A DNA stretch of 64,000 nt from an uncultured virus (IMG/VR IMGVR_UViG_3300036770_004547) (lineage: Duplodnaviria; Heunggongvirae; Uroviricota; Caudoviricetes). The stretch lies in the IMG/VR virus record IMGVR_UViG_3300036770_004547. One strand, given 5' to 3'. The position numbers were made by a program, and so were the translations under genes. Below the pieces are notes generated by a model that saw only the letters and a list, made by a program, of their open reading frames with translations, was not told where the DNA came from and made no database searches. Below are positions 1 through 9,652 of the stretch, one piece after another (position 1 is the first letter of the stretch; each line of letters starts with the position of its first letter).

Positions 1-1594
1 ATTCACCCACCATCCTGAACGGGAACCCAGATAACATCTCGGCCCGCTCCTCATCCGTTTTTGACGGGAAGAGGTATTTCAGTGCTTCAATGCTATCAAC
101 ACCTAATTCTTGTAAGTTGCGCACCACAATGGAATTGTTAAGGATGTCCTGAGTGGAATCCTCATAGACAGGCCCTAACCAACGCCATTGAATTGTGATG
201 TCACCATCAGGAATAAGACCCAGCACTCCTGGCGGAATTTGCTGAGTTCTTACACATGCCATCATTAGTTGCTTGATCCTTTCTTCAAAACCAACAAGAG
301 CATCTTTATACATTTGAATTTCTTGTTCAGATGCATCTTCTACTGGTTCCACGGGCTTTTCTAATCCTGCAGCAGCAGCAAGGGTCTCCCTAAAGAGACG
401 CTCTTCTTGAAAGATGATTAGTTCCAGGCAACGACAAATGCCATACGTATAAATAGCAGTTGCTTTTTTCTTGGAAGTGGCAGCTACGCGACCAAATAAC
501 GACTTGTATTCAGTAGCGGTAACACCGGCAGAAATAGAAAGCTCATCAACGCCACCAAGAGCAGTACGAATCTCTTCCCGATATTGGCGAGCAAAGGCGT
601 TTTGGTCTCCAGTGATAGCATCTGGAACAATGTAGCCAACCCTATCGTTTGGCTCCAGGTTGGCAATGATGCGTGGAACCCGGATCTGTCCGTCGACACC
701 GCGACTAATTGGATCTGCCTTGAATGTGGAACGACTTAAAGCAGAAGCACTAGCAAAGCCAGAGTTTGCTGCAATAGAAGGACGTTGAACAACGCCGTCT
801 CCACCTGCTTCAATAAGGTCAGTTTTGGGACGAGAAGAAAGAAGAGTTGGGTTACCAAAGAACTGAACGTTTTTCCGCATCGTGCGGATCATTTCGTCAT
901 GCGTAACAATGTGATTAGCAAGTGCATCAAACTCGCCAACACCTTCTGTAGAAAAGCCTTTGGGATTATTAAAGATCTCTACGCAGGGAATAAAGCCGAG
1001 AGTATTGCGATATGTCTTTGTTTTACCAGGGGTTACACCCATGGGCTGGTCAAAAGAAATCTCACCTTCTGAATGAGTTTCTTCAATTGTTTTTCTTTTG
1101 ATTGAAAGACGGATGTAACGCTTGGTGCCTTGGCCCCCAAGGGTTTCCATTCCAGTGATTGAACCTTGATTAATATCTTGATTAAAGCCAAAACCATTTT
1201 TGACTTTATAGCTGTATATGATGACGACCTCATCCAGTTCACCATCAACGTTGTAATAAGAACGATACTCGTGCTTACGAAAGAAGTAAAGTCGATAGTT
1301 GCTTTGAGTAGGACGGATATAAAACAAACCCTGGCCGTCACATAAAAAATAGTCCCAAATGGAATCCAGATGAGTGTCAATTTGATTGTATTTGACTACT
1401 CGGTCGATAAAGTCTTTTCGTTGACTTCCAAAGTTGTCTTGAGCTGGAAAAAATTCAACACCCTGTCGGATGCCAAACATTTTCATCTGTGCTAAGTGGG
1501 CTGCAACAACGCCAGTGTCTACGCCAATCCCACCGTCTTTCTCAAGATAGGAATCAACAATTTCTTTAAGACGAGATTTAGCGTCGGCAGCCAT
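1..1594 (-). CDS. Portal protein (3' end runs off the window; absent from ORF track)
   Basis: Manual translation from ATG at 1594: MAADAKSRLKEIVDSYLEKDGG...GFIPCVEIFNNPKG...QELGVDSIEALKYLFP, open to position 1. Portal-like motifs; lies downstream of the terminase. Confidence 0.75.
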   Translation of the reverse strand, partial: MAADAKSRLKEIVDSYLEKDGGIGVDTGVVAAHLAQMKMFGIRQGVEFFPAQDNFGSQRKDFIDRVVKYNQIDTHLDSIWDYFLCDGQGLFYIRPTQSNYRLYFFRKHEYRSYYNVDGELDEVVIIYSYKVKNGFGFNQDINQGSITGMETLGGQGTKRYIRLSIKRKTIEETHSEGEISFDQPMGVTPGKTKTYRNTLGFIPCVEIFNNPKGFSTEGVGEFDALANHIVTHDEMIRTMRKNVQFFGNPTLLSSRPKTDLIEAGGDGVVQRPSIAANSGFASASALSRSTFKADPISRGVDGQIRVPRIIANLEPNDRVGYIVPDAITGDQNAFARQYREEIRTALGGVDELSISAGVTATEYKSLFGRVAATSKKKATAIYTYGICRCLELIIFQEERLFRETLAAAAGLEKPVEPVEDASEQEIQMYKDALVGFEERIKQLMMACVRTQQIPPGVLGLIPDGDITIQWRWLGPVYEDSTQDILNNSIVVRNLQELGVDSIEALKYLFPSKTDEERAEMLSGFPFRMVGE

Positions 1595-1635
1595 TAACTA
1601 TTTTCAACCCAATGGAATTAGTTTAACAGTTTTGA

Positions 1636-1950
1636 TTAGGAAACATATTTATTTAAGAAACCTGCCGGAAGCTGCTGACCGATTTGAGGTCCCAGGTAAA
1701 AACCTGCGTTACCCATGGGATTCATGCCGGGCATAAAAGCTTGTGGCAAAGCGTTTTGACCAGGCACCGGAACAGGAATTTTGTTAGGAGAACCATAGAC
1801 ACTTTCAATTGCTCTTGGATCCTCTCCTGGGAGCTTGGGTTGTGTAGTCCGGCGAGCTCGCCCTGGGATTAAAAACTCAGCCGGATTACCAGCAATAGTG
1901 TTTTGTATGCCCGCTTCATTACCCATGAACGTGCCGTAAAGACCAGCCAT
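1636..1950 (-). CDS. Hypothetical Gly/Pro-rich virion-module protein
   Basis: ORF track; TAAAAT element upstream; co-oriented with the module. Confidence 0.6.
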   Translation of the reverse strand: MAGLYGTFMGNEAGIQNTIAGNPAEFLIPGRARRTTQPKLPGEDPRAIESVYGSPNKIPVPVPGQNALPQAFMPGMNPMGNAGFYLGPQIGQQLPAGFLNKYVS

Positions 1951-1976
1951 TGTTATATTGTTATCTTGTTTCTATT

Positions 1977-2162
1977 TTACTCTTCTATTACTTCGTAACC
2001 ACTTTCGTCATTCAAACGAGAAAGGACAATACCTTCTCCTTTGAGGTCCCATGAAAGAATGTCTCCTTCCTGCCAGCCGAGTTCTTCAATAATTTCTTCG
2101 GGAAACTCAATAAAAAGTTCTCCGTCTTGATCTTCTTGAATCTCGATAATGTAGCTGGTCAT
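1977..2162 (-). CDS. AbrB/MazE-like small DNA-binding protein
   Basis: GELFIEFPEEIIEELGWQEGDILSW matches the swapped-hairpin AbrB pattern. Confidence 0.65.
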   Translation of the reverse strand: MTSYIIEIQEDQDGELFIEFPEEIIEELGWQEGDILSWDLKGEGIVLSRLNDESGYEVIEE

Positions 2163-2449
2163 TTCAAAAGGCGATCCATCATTCTGTCCAGCTTACTATT
2201 AATTTCTTTAAAGGTGTCGTGCATATGCTGGATTTCCCGTAAAAAGTCGACTTTTAGTACGTATTCCAGAGGCATGCGGTTGAAACTATCATCAAGATTT
2301 TCAACTTTTTTTTCTTGAATTGTCACGCGATCAGAGAGCTGTTTGATTCGTTCATGCGACCTGGATAACAACTTATTGGCTGCCCAGGTACCACCTGAAA
2401 TGCCTGCAATACCAGTTGTAATCAGAATCGCCAGGTACTCAGGTCCCAT
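2159..2449 (-). CDS. Small membrane protein with N-terminal TM and coiled coil (holin-like or hypothetical)
   Basis: Hydrophobic N-terminus followed by heptads. Confidence 0.5.
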   Translation of the reverse strand: MGPEYLAILITTGIAGISGGTWAANKLLSRSHERIKQLSDRVTIQEKKVENLDDSFNRMPLEYVLKVDFLREIQHMHDTFKEINSKLDRMMDRLLK

Positions 2450-2478
2450 GGCAAAAGCTTTTTTTCTTATTCTAATCG

Positions 2479-4005
2479 TCAGTAATCAACTTGAAGATTC
2501 CCTTTCTTTGCTAATCCGTTTACGAGCCAAACGAGCGCGTCGACGGTATCGTCGTGACTACTAACACCAAAGTTAGTAAGTTCTTCAAACATAGCAGTGA
2601 AGTTTCGGTAGCGATTAAAGATGAGCTTTCGATCTTCAAACATACCCATAATTCCTCTGAAGCGAGCTAGTTTATCTGCCCTAAAACCTTTAACTGGATG
2701 CCAGATTAAATTGTAAAGATTGTCTCCACTTAAACAGATTCGTTTGAAGTCGGCTTCTAAGGATGCCTGGTACTGTACAGCTTCTCCCCATATGTCACAC
2801 GTGTTGTAAGTCGGAAAGTAATTACCGTTGCTATCTCTACCTATGATTGACCAGTCATTAAGCAACTCTTTTAAAGCATCAAGTTTTTCTAAGTTACCCA
2901 TGACGCGCATGCGGCGGTAATCAATGATGTGAACTTTGTCACCAAGCCGTCCACCAAGAACAAATACGGTGTAATCATTCTTTTCTTTTGTACCAGCGGA
3001 GAGGTCAACCCCAACCCCAAGAGCATCAAACTCAGTTGCAATCTCAGCCTTGACAATCAGCTCAGGCGCAAGAGACAACTCATTCTGCCTGACGATTTGA
3101 TTCATGTACTGGAAAGAAAAAGCAATTGGTGCTTGCCGTTTTTTTTCTTTTAAATAGTCAAGGGACCACATTTCTGGCCAATAAGACTCCTCATCTCCAG
3201 TTTCTGGATCACTTTGGATAGCAGAAAGAACAATCTGCGTCCAGTTGTTTTGTGAATTAAAAGTAGTTGCATGAATGTCATCATGCCTAAATCTGGTGCC
3301 AAGACAGATCGCCCTGCCACCTTCGAACATGGTTGGTGCGATAACAGCGTTCCAGTTATCCTGCATCATTTTTCTGATGTCAGGGTTAGAAATATCTGAT
3401 GAGCTTTTGATAGCGTCATCAATAATTACAAGTTGACTTCGTTTTGAAGTAACTGAACCCTTTAGGCCTGCAGCGCAAAGAGTGAATTGTTCTTCACCGG
3501 CAATATCAATACCCGCAAAGCGGTGGTCAATTGACCAGTACTCATTACTCGTGACGTTCTTGAGTAGCTTTACAGTTGGAAAAACTTCTTGATATCTCTT
3601 GCTTTCAATAAGTCTTTTAATGGTTGCCGACTTAGATCGTGCGATATCAACAGTGTACGAAAGATAAAGAATTTGCAGTGGTCTTTTGGCTGCCGTATGG
3701 ACACCAATGGCCCATGCCGCAAACAAACCTGCGACAGTGGACTTGGCTGAGCCCCTAGGCGCCAATAGGTCAATGTTGGGACCAGCAACCTTAAGTAGAC
3801 AAGAGCTGTCCTGGTTGGTTACCAAGTGCCGATGCCAGTCCTGGTGATGTTTAGCTGGTGGTTTATCGGCTACGTAATCACAGAAAAAACCAAAGTCTTC
3901 TCTTGCCTGCTCCAAGATATCTTCATTATCGTGCTTACGAACGCGATGCTTTTGTGCAGCGGCTTGAGCATTACGCCTGTAAGCTTGATGAAGATGTGCA
4001 GGCAC
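2479..4005 (-). CDS. terL: Terminase large subunit
   Basis: Walker A-like LAPRGSAKST, Walker B VIIDD, coupling motif LGTRF, RNase H nuclease GVDLS...DYT...HDDTVDA. Confidence 0.95.
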   Translation of the reverse strand: MPAHLHQAYRRNAQAAAQKHRVRKHDNEDILEQAREDFGFFCDYVADKPPAKHHQDWHRHLVTNQDSSCLLKVAGPNIDLLAPRGSAKSTVAGLFAAWAIGVHTAAKRPLQILYLSYTVDIARSKSATIKRLIESKRYQEVFPTVKLLKNVTSNEYWSIDHRFAGIDIAGEEQFTLCAAGLKGSVTSKRSQLVIIDDAIKSSSDISNPDIRKMMQDNWNAVIAPTMFEGGRAICLGTRFRHDDIHATTFNSQNNWTQIVLSAIQSDPETGDEESYWPEMWSLDYLKEKKRQAPIAFSFQYMNQIVRQNELSLAPELIVKAEIATEFDALGVGVDLSAGTKEKNDYTVFVLGGRLGDKVHIIDYRRMRVMGNLEKLDALKELLNDWSIIGRDSNGNYFPTYNTCDIWGEAVQYQASLEADFKRICLSGDNLYNLIWHPVKGFRADKLARFRGIMGMFEDRKLIFNRYRNFTAMFEELTNFGVSSHDDTVDALVWLVNGLAKKGNLQVDY

Positions 4006-4035
4006 GATATAGCCAGTAAGTTAGTTAATACTAAC

Positions 4036-4197
4036 CTACTCTTTTGTTTTGTTGCGTTTTTGCTCTTGATATTTACGTGCCTTATCTAAAGCTGCTTTGC
4101 GCTTTTCTTTGTCATTCATCTCGGAGCCATCTTCTTTCTTGGCTTCTTTCTTTTTAAAGTATTCCACCAGTTGGGGTGGCATCTTACCTTTTGTCAT
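4036..4197 (-). CDS. Small lysine-rich protein (53 aa, not in track)
   Basis: MTKGKMPPQLVEYFKKKEAKK...; ATGA overlap with the upstream ORF. Confidence 0.6.
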   Translation of the reverse strand: MTKGKMPPQLVEYFKKKEAKKEDGSEMNDKEKRKAALDKARKYQEQKRNKTKE

Positions 4198-4343
4198 TTA
4201 TTGTTTTGTGCGGCGTTACGCATGCGATCTACGAGTTGTTTGTACTCAGGCGTACCAGGATCAGGCAGACGAGTGGAACGGCCAGGACCAAAAATAATTC
4301 CGGAACGGATAGGAACATTAGTTGGTGATTGCTGTTGTTGCAT
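4194..4343 (-). CDS. Small hypothetical protein (49 aa, not in track)
   Basis: MQQQQSPTNVPIRSGIIFGPGRSTRLPDPGTPEYKQLVDRMRNAAQNNK; fills the gap with a coupled stop/start. Confidence 0.5.
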   Translation of the reverse strand: MQQQQSPTNVPIRSGIIFGPGRSTRLPDPGTPEYKQLVDRMRNAAQNNK

Positions 4344-4348
4344 TGACA

Positions 4349-4882
4349 CTATTCATTTAATTGCATTTTAGCCCACACTGACATTGATGCTTCTTGCAAT
4401 GGACCTTCAATTGGGTCATCTTTAAATACTGCAAGCAACTCACGAATGGCTTGGTCAGCACCAGCCATCAGTAAACCTTTGCGGTCCTTAACGATTGTGT
4501 AGGATTCAACTTGATTAATGGTGCCACGCAATTCTTTTGTCATTGCCGCAAGCCTGGCAACACCAGCGTCACGCTTAACGGCAAGATTCTCAATATCTTC
4601 ACGCAACTTACGCATGTCTTCTTGGATCTCTTCGATCTCGTTAAGAAGAACACGCAGGTGATCTGGTTTTTTGTAATGAGTCAATACCCAGGCGTTGCAA
4701 CCTGTGATGGATCCTCTGTACCCAAGGAACCTAGAATATAAATAAATCTCAATTACAGAGTATGTTTTCTTGGCAAATTCAAGAAAACTCTCTTGAGTAG
4801 CTGAGTCTAAATTATCAACCCACTGATCAAACAGCTCAATATCGATAAGCTCGTTGGGACTGACCGTAGTCCCGCGCCTCAT
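4349..4882 (-). CDS. Helical coiled-coil protein, candidate terminase small subunit (start uncertain)
   Basis: Size, helical content and position upstream of terL; function is inference. Confidence 0.45.
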   Translation of the reverse strand: MRRGTTVSPNELIDIELFDQWVDNLDSATQESFLEFAKKTYSVIEIYLYSRFLGYRGSITGCNAWVLTHYKKPDHLRVLLNEIEEIQEDMRKLREDIENLAVKRDAGVARLAAMTKELRGTINQVESYTIVKDRKGLLMAGADQAIRELLAVFKDDPIEGPLQEASMSVWAKMQLNE

Positions 4883-5084
4883 CGGCTTGTTTGAATTGCT
4901 GGGACTGTTCAGAAGAGGTTCGTTGCTCTTCTGCTCCTTTGCCAATAGTTTCTCGTTCTTGCTCACCAGCAGTCTCCATTTTCTTTTTGGAAAATTCGTA
5001 GGCAACGCCAGCCGCCTGACGATATTTATCTAGATCAAACCAATCATCAACATCGGTTTGTCCAGCGGGAACACTGCTAGTCAT
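4836..5084 (-). CDS. Small virion-module protein with FDLDKYR motif
   Basis: ORF track; motif shared with neighbouring micro-genes. Confidence 0.65.
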   Translation of the reverse strand: MTSSVPAGQTDVDDWFDLDKYRQAAGVAYEFSKKKMETAGEQERETIGKGAEEQRTSSEQSQQFKQADEARDYGQSQRAYRY

Positions 5085-5093
5085 AATAACAAA

Positions 5094-5234
5094 TTATACC
5101 GACTTTGGTAAAGGAAGTTTTTTGTCTAAACGCTCTTTATCTCGTTTAGATTGCTGAAGCCGCTCCAAAAGATTGCGATATTTATCCAGGTCAAATTCCG
5201 GACCTAAAGGTTGGTTTTGACCTGAATTTTGCAT
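5094..5234 (-). CDS. 46-aa paralog (MQNSGQNQPLGPEFDLDKYRNLLERLQQSKRDKERLDKKLPLPKSV)
   Basis: Manual translation; aligns with the 56-aa pair. Confidence 0.65.
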   Translation of the reverse strand: MQNSGQNQPLGPEFDLDKYRNLLERLQQSKRDKERLDKKLPLPKSV

Positions 5235-5239
5235 ATCGA

Positions 5240-5410
5240 TCAGAAGTTAGACATCATACTAGCAAGGCCCTGCGAGAAGATATCGCGACGACCCTCGACG
5301 GATTTTTGACGCTGCTGACGACCTTTGGAAGCTTCCAAACGATCTAGCAATTCCTGAAAACGATTCAGATCAAAATCAGTTGCGGTATCGGTACCGGAAG
5401 AAGCAGTCAT
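5240..5410 (-). CDS. 56-aa protein, tandem duplicate copy 2
   Basis: MTASSGTDTATDFDLNRFQELLDRLEASKGRQQRQKSVEGRRDIFSQGLASMMSNF. Confidence 0.85.
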   Translation of the reverse strand: MTASSGTDTATDFDLNRFQELLDRLEASKGRQQRQKSVEGRRDIFSQGLASMMSNF

Positions 5411-5433
5411 TGTAGGAAAATTTTACTAAACAA

Positions 5434-5604
5434 TTAGAAATTAGACATCATACTAGCAAGGCCCTGCGAGAAGATATCGCGGCGACCTTCAACAGATTTC
5501 TGGCGTTGCTGACGACCTTTGGAAGCTTCCAGGCGGTTTAACAGTTCCTGAAAACGATTTAGGTCAAAATCAGTTGCGGTATCAGTTCCAGAAGAAGCAG
5601 TCAT
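5434..5604 (-). CDS. 56-aa protein, tandem duplicate copy 1
   Basis: Same protein as copy 2 except one N/D change; the other differences are synonymous. Confidence 0.85.
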   Translation of the reverse strand: MTASSGTDTATDFDLNRFQELLNRLEASKGRQQRQKSVEGRRDIFSQGLASMMSNF

Positions 5605-5644
5605 TATAAAAAAGATTCAATAAACAAATTATAGCAAGTGTAAA

Positions 5645-6520
5645 TTAACTCCAAAATCCAGACAACGCGCTAGACATAACATTGCCCCAACTACCAATCT
5701 TAGCTACTTCTTTAGATCCTTCGTTCTTTAATTTTTGTACTTGACTATCAATTTCGCCTTGGAGATTGGTCAAGCCAGCACTGTAAAGATACTGTCTGGT
5801 ATCACGAATGTTTTGTACTTGCTCTTGAAGTTCAAAAGGAGTACCAGTAACTTCTTGACCAAAATCAGGAGTTGTAACTTTAGTTCGTTCGGCAAGATCT
5901 CCAGAATACTGAGGAAGAAGCGACTTATCAAATTTAAATGCACGTTTACCTGTTCTTTCACCTTTTTCATCGACTGTTTGTTTACCAAACATCGTGTCAT
6001 AGTAATTATCCAGGTAGCTTTGATTAAATTTCTTTTGGTACTCAGGGCTTTTAGCAAGAGAACCTTTAAAGTCCTCCATGGTCCCGTAGTAACCTTCTTG
6101 GAATCGCGTCTGAGCCTTGGCAAGTTCTTCTCCTGTAGCTTGCCTACCAAGAAGCTCTTCATACGCCGCCGAGATCCCTGTGGCCCTCTTTCCAGGAAGA
6201 GATGCTGTGTACTGTTGAGTCAGTTCTTGGATGTCCGCTTCTGGCGGAGTCATCTCATATTTAGCTGCATAATCACGCAATTGATTAGCAGCAGACTCAT
6301 ATCCAATTAAGCCTTGAGCTAATTGTTGTTGAGTTGTTTTCTTTAGCCCACCATATGCTGCAGCGCCTGCAGCTTTACGTGCTGTTGACTCAGCTTTGGC
6401 TTCTTCGCGCTCTTTAGCGGCACGTTCTTCTAAAATAGCTTCTTTCTCTTTTGTATATTCGAGATATTTCTTAAAACTATCGTCGGGCGGTGGCGGAGTA
6501 TAAGTAGGTGCTGATCCCAT
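5645..6520 (-). CDS. Putative internal virion/ejection protein
   Basis: Coiled-coil N-terminus, amphipathic C-terminus, virion-module context. Confidence 0.5.
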   Translation of the reverse strand: MGSAPTYTPPPPDDSFKKYLEYTKEKEAILEERAAKEREEAKAESTARKAAGAAAYGGLKKTTQQQLAQGLIGYESAANQLRDYAAKYEMTPPEADIQELTQQYTASLPGKRATGISAAYEELLGRQATGEELAKAQTRFQEGYYGTMEDFKGSLAKSPEYQKKFNQSYLDNYYDTMFGKQTVDEKGERTGKRAFKFDKSLLPQYSGDLAERTKVTTPDFGQEVTGTPFELQEQVQNIRDTRQYLYSAGLTNLQGEIDSQVQKLKNEGSKEVAKIGSWGNVMSSALSGFWS

Positions 6521-6531
6521 TTTGTTTACCT

Positions 6532-7119
6532 CTATGCGAATAAACCGTATTTACCGGCAAGTGCAACATCTTGTCCTATTGGACCAAACATACGTGATGT
6601 TTGAAATCCTGCTTTAAGACTTGCCATTTCAAGTTCATTTTTTCGATCTCGCGCAGATTGTTGGCGAGTTGCAGGATCTTCGCTAAATGCTCGCGCCCTT
6701 TCCGCTGCTTGAGTGGAATATAGCAAATCCTGGGGACGACTAAAAAATTGCTTAAATTTTTCGCCTTCTTTTTCTCGTGTAAACGAAATATCACCACCAG
6801 TACCAGCGCCAAACATTGGTACCCAACGTGCTTGCCCTAAGGAACCAAGTGCCTCTGCTTGTTTATACTGGAGACCAGCTCCAGCCATAACCGCGTTTTG
6901 ATAAGCAGCTTGAGCAGCGCCTTGGCTTCCAAAGATACCTCCTACTGCAGAGCCAAGTCCACCGACGCCGGCCATTGCTATTGAAAAGGGATCCAATTTC
7001 GAACCTCCGCTTGAACTACTGCTTTTTAATTGAGAAGATAAACCCCCTTGAAAGGGATTCAAAGAAGAGCTATACCCAAAAGAAGGATTTGAAAAATACG
7101 GATAATCTGGGAAGCTCAT
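6532..7119 (-). CDS. Putative internal virion/ejection protein (Gly/Ala-rich)
   Basis: DPFSIAMAGVGGLGSAVGGIFGSQGAAQAA resembles podovirus ejection-protein N-termini. Confidence 0.55.
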   Translation of the reverse strand: MSFPDYPYFSNPSFGYSSSLNPFQGGLSSQLKSSSSSGGSKLDPFSIAMAGVGGLGSAVGGIFGSQGAAQAAYQNAVMAGAGLQYKQAEALGSLGQARWVPMFGAGTGGDISFTREKEGEKFKQFFSRPQDLLYSTQAAERARAFSEDPATRQQSARDRKNELEMASLKAGFQTSRMFGPIGQDVALAGKYGLFA

Positions 7120-7125
7120 TTTATT

Positions 7126-7650
7126 TTAACTAAGGTATTTTTGGGGCTGAAAAGGAGCAGTAACAAAATTAGGAGTAGGTGTATTTAAAACATTTGCCAG
7201 GGATTGAGTACCCATTTGAGAACCTAAAAGTTTATAAGCTGCATTTTGAGAAAAAATTTGCCCAGGAAGTTGAGCCAAGTTGGCAAGCATTCCGTATTTA
7301 AAACGTCTTTCGTCTCTTTCTTTTTCGTATTCACGTTGTTTAGTGACAGCGTAATCAATGTTTTCTCTAGATAATCTGGAAGCTTTTTGCGCTGCAATAT
7401 CTTGTACTTGTGCTTGCGTAATAATAGAGGCAAGATTTGGATTTTGAAGTCCGTAAACAAGTTGCGACATTTCACTTAGTTTACTGGGATCCACAGAAGG
7501 TTGAGTTGCTGATATTTCTTTCCTTAGACGATCGTATTCATTTTCCTCCTGGGGGCCATAAAAAGATTGTCCTTGTGCCGGAAAAACTTTTTTAAATTCT
7601 GTGGGGTCCCAATTACCGGCCATGGGAAATGATGGGTTAGCCATTATCAA
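7126..7650 (-). CDS. Putative internal virion protein
   Basis: Gln-rich helical protein in the same run. Confidence 0.45.
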   Translation of the reverse strand: MIMANPSFPMAGNWDPTEFKKVFPAQGQSFYGPQEENEYDRLRKEISATQPSVDPSKLSEMSQLVYGLQNPNLASIITQAQVQDIAAQKASRLSRENIDYAVTKQREYEKERDERRFKYGMLANLAQLPGQIFSQNAAYKLLGSQMGTQSLANVLNTPTPNFVTAPFQPQKYLS

Positions 7651-8624
7651 CCTCCAAATTGAATTTGTGGCATGGGAAGCATTGCCGCATTGTATGGGCT
7701 ATTTGCTGCCAGGGTACGAGCAAGTGCTCCTTCTTCGGCCTTAGTCCTATCTAAGTACTGGAATATACCCGACATCCGGGCTAAGTTTTGCGCACCTGCG
7801 ATCTGAGTATTTATCATCGCTTGATTTGCAGCTAACTCGTTTCGCTGTGCTCTTTCAATAATAGGTTGCATTGATTTGAGATAATTAAGTCTATTTTGAC
7901 TGTCAATTTGACTAGCGGCTTTCATATATTCAATTTCATTGGTCATATTCATTCGATTCATTTTCTGTTGTCTATCCAACTCCATCTGTTGATCTAACGA
8001 AATCATTTCGCGATTAAACGCTGCGGCAGAACGCATCTTTGCACGTTCACCAATATCAACTTTTCCAAAGATTGGTAAATTAAGAGAAAGATCCTGCATG
8101 CCACTACCAAGACCAAGAAGGCCTCCGCTTCCTGCAAGTGCTTGTGTTGCACCTTGAGCGGCTTGAGGAGCTGAGCCTGTTATTCCTTGTACACCACGGG
8201 CGGCAGCTTGTTGCGCTTGATAACCAACAAACGAAGGAGCTAAGTACCTCAGTGCCATACCAGCAGCCCTGACTGGTAAAGGACCTTTTTCTAGCAATCC
8301 TTTAGTAAGAGCGTTAGTTAACATATTTGTTGCTTGGCCAGCGACAAGTCCAATAGGCGCACTAGCAAGACCTGCTATTGGATCCTGGAGTGTTGTCTCG
8401 ACGGCACCAAGAACAGCACCTGTTTTACCACCACCTGCTCGTCTATATGCACCTTCTTTATTCCTAAACAATCCACCAGGGGATTCTAAATTCTTTTCAA
8501 AATCTTTTCCAAAGGCGCCCATGTTTTGCATCATCTTCTGAAAATAATCAGAAGGATCAAAACCAGGACCTGGTGCGCCTCCAGAAGTTCCTGACATTCC
8601 TAAGTTATAGCCAGGTATTGCCAT
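7647..8624 (-). CDS. Putative DNA pilot/ejection protein
   Basis: Gly/Ala hydrophobic segment followed by Gln/Met/Asn-rich coiled coil. Confidence 0.5.
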   Translation of the reverse strand: MAIPGYNLGMSGTSGGAPGPGFDPSDYFQKMMQNMGAFGKDFEKNLESPGGLFRNKEGAYRRAGGGKTGAVLGAVETTLQDPIAGLASAPIGLVAGQATNMLTNALTKGLLEKGPLPVRAAGMALRYLAPSFVGYQAQQAAARGVQGITGSAPQAAQGATQALAGSGGLLGLGSGMQDLSLNLPIFGKVDIGERAKMRSAAAFNREMISLDQQMELDRQQKMNRMNMTNEIEYMKAASQIDSQNRLNYLKSMQPIIERAQRNELAANQAMINTQIAGAQNLARMSGIFQYLDRTKAEEGALARTLAANSPYNAAMLPMPQIQFGG

Positions 8625-8647
8625 CGAATTAGTAACTTTTCTATATT

Positions 8648-9652
8648 TTAAATTCTACCAGCAGAAATATTTTGGTACTCTTGTTGAGTTGGTAATTTGT
8701 TCATTGAATTACCAGCAGCAGCAATAGCTTGGTTGGTAAGAGTACCAATAACTGCACCGGCAGCAGAACCAACTGCGCCACCTGCCAAACCACGAACAAT
8801 AGAAGGTGTACGCTTTGTCATGGCACGTGACACTTCTGCTTTTTGACCTGCCAGTAAACTTGGCTGTACTGTTTGAGTGACAGAAGGAGATTTATTAACA
8901 CCAATGCGTGCACCAAGTACACCACCAGCTAATGTTCCGGCATACGGAATACTAACTGGATAACCCAAGATTCGAGCTTCTGGGTCGCCCTGTAAATTTT
9001 CAGGTGTTACTTTAACAAGCCCCAGGGTTGCTTGACCAATTGGACCAGGATCGTTGTACAAGAAATTCATATAGTTTGCGTAACGTTGCTTAGTAAGATC
9101 AGGAATCTCTTCTTTAGCTTTTTCGTATGCCAAAGGACGGCCAGTGCGGCCCAAGAAAAATCTTTGAAAAAGTTCTGATGCAGGGTTGGTTGTTTTAGTT
9201 GGATCTTCTGGATCTGGTTCATTTTGTTTGAATCCTGTTGGTCTTCCAAGCTCTCCTAAATTTAAAACATCATATGCACCTGTTAAGGCAAGGGCTGGCT
9301 GCACAGCAGCAAGAGATACAATCCCACGGCCATAACGCCCTAATTGATTTTGGGGATCAACATATTTTTTAAAAATTTGATTAGATATTTCAGCAGGATG
9401 ACTAATGCCCCAGTAAAAACTGCGCATTTCATCAGAAGTTAAATCAGCCCCAAGACGCGCTGAATATGCACCCAAAAAAGCGCCCGGTGTTTTTCTAGCG
9501 CTAATACCTGCCGCTTGAAGACCCTGCTTAAATTCAGGATCATAAAAAACATTTTTACCATAACGATTGGCGTCTTGATCAAGACTCTTTAAAAGTTCTT
9601 TGGCAGCTTGGTATCCACCACGAACTCCTTGACGCAACGGAGTGTTTGCCAT
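8648..9652 (-). CDS. Putative internal virion protein with glycine-zipper C-terminus
   Basis: GLAGGAVGSAAGAVIG. Confidence 0.5.
   Translation of the reverse strand: MANTPLRQGVRGGYQAAKELLKSLDQDANRYGKNVFYDPEFKQGLQAAGISARKTPGAFLGAYSARLGADLTSDEMRSFYWGISHPAEISNQIFKKYVDPQNQLGRYGRGIVSLAAVQPALALTGAYDVLNLGELGRPTGFKQNEPDPEDPTKTTNPASELFQRFFLGRTGRPLAYEKAKEEIPDLTKQRYANYMNFLYNDPGPIGQATLGLVKVTPENLQGDPEARILGYPVSIPYAGTLAGGVLGARIGVNKSPSVTQTVQPSLLAGQKAEVSRAMTKRTPSIVRGLAGGAVGSAAGAVIGTLTNQAIAAAGNSMNKLPTQQEYQNISAGRI

Noticed and set aside
484..1380. Track ORFs 484-699, 785-1072 and 1033-1380
   Set aside because: Shadow frames of the portal gene starting at 1594.
1977..2449. MazEF toxin-antitoxin pair
   Set aside because: The neighbour of the AbrB-like gene is a membrane coiled-coil protein, not a MazF/VapC toxin.
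5240..5604. Template/variable repeat pair of a diversity-generating retroelement
   Set aside because: Differences are synonymous and not adenine-specific, and there is no reverse transcriptase in the window.
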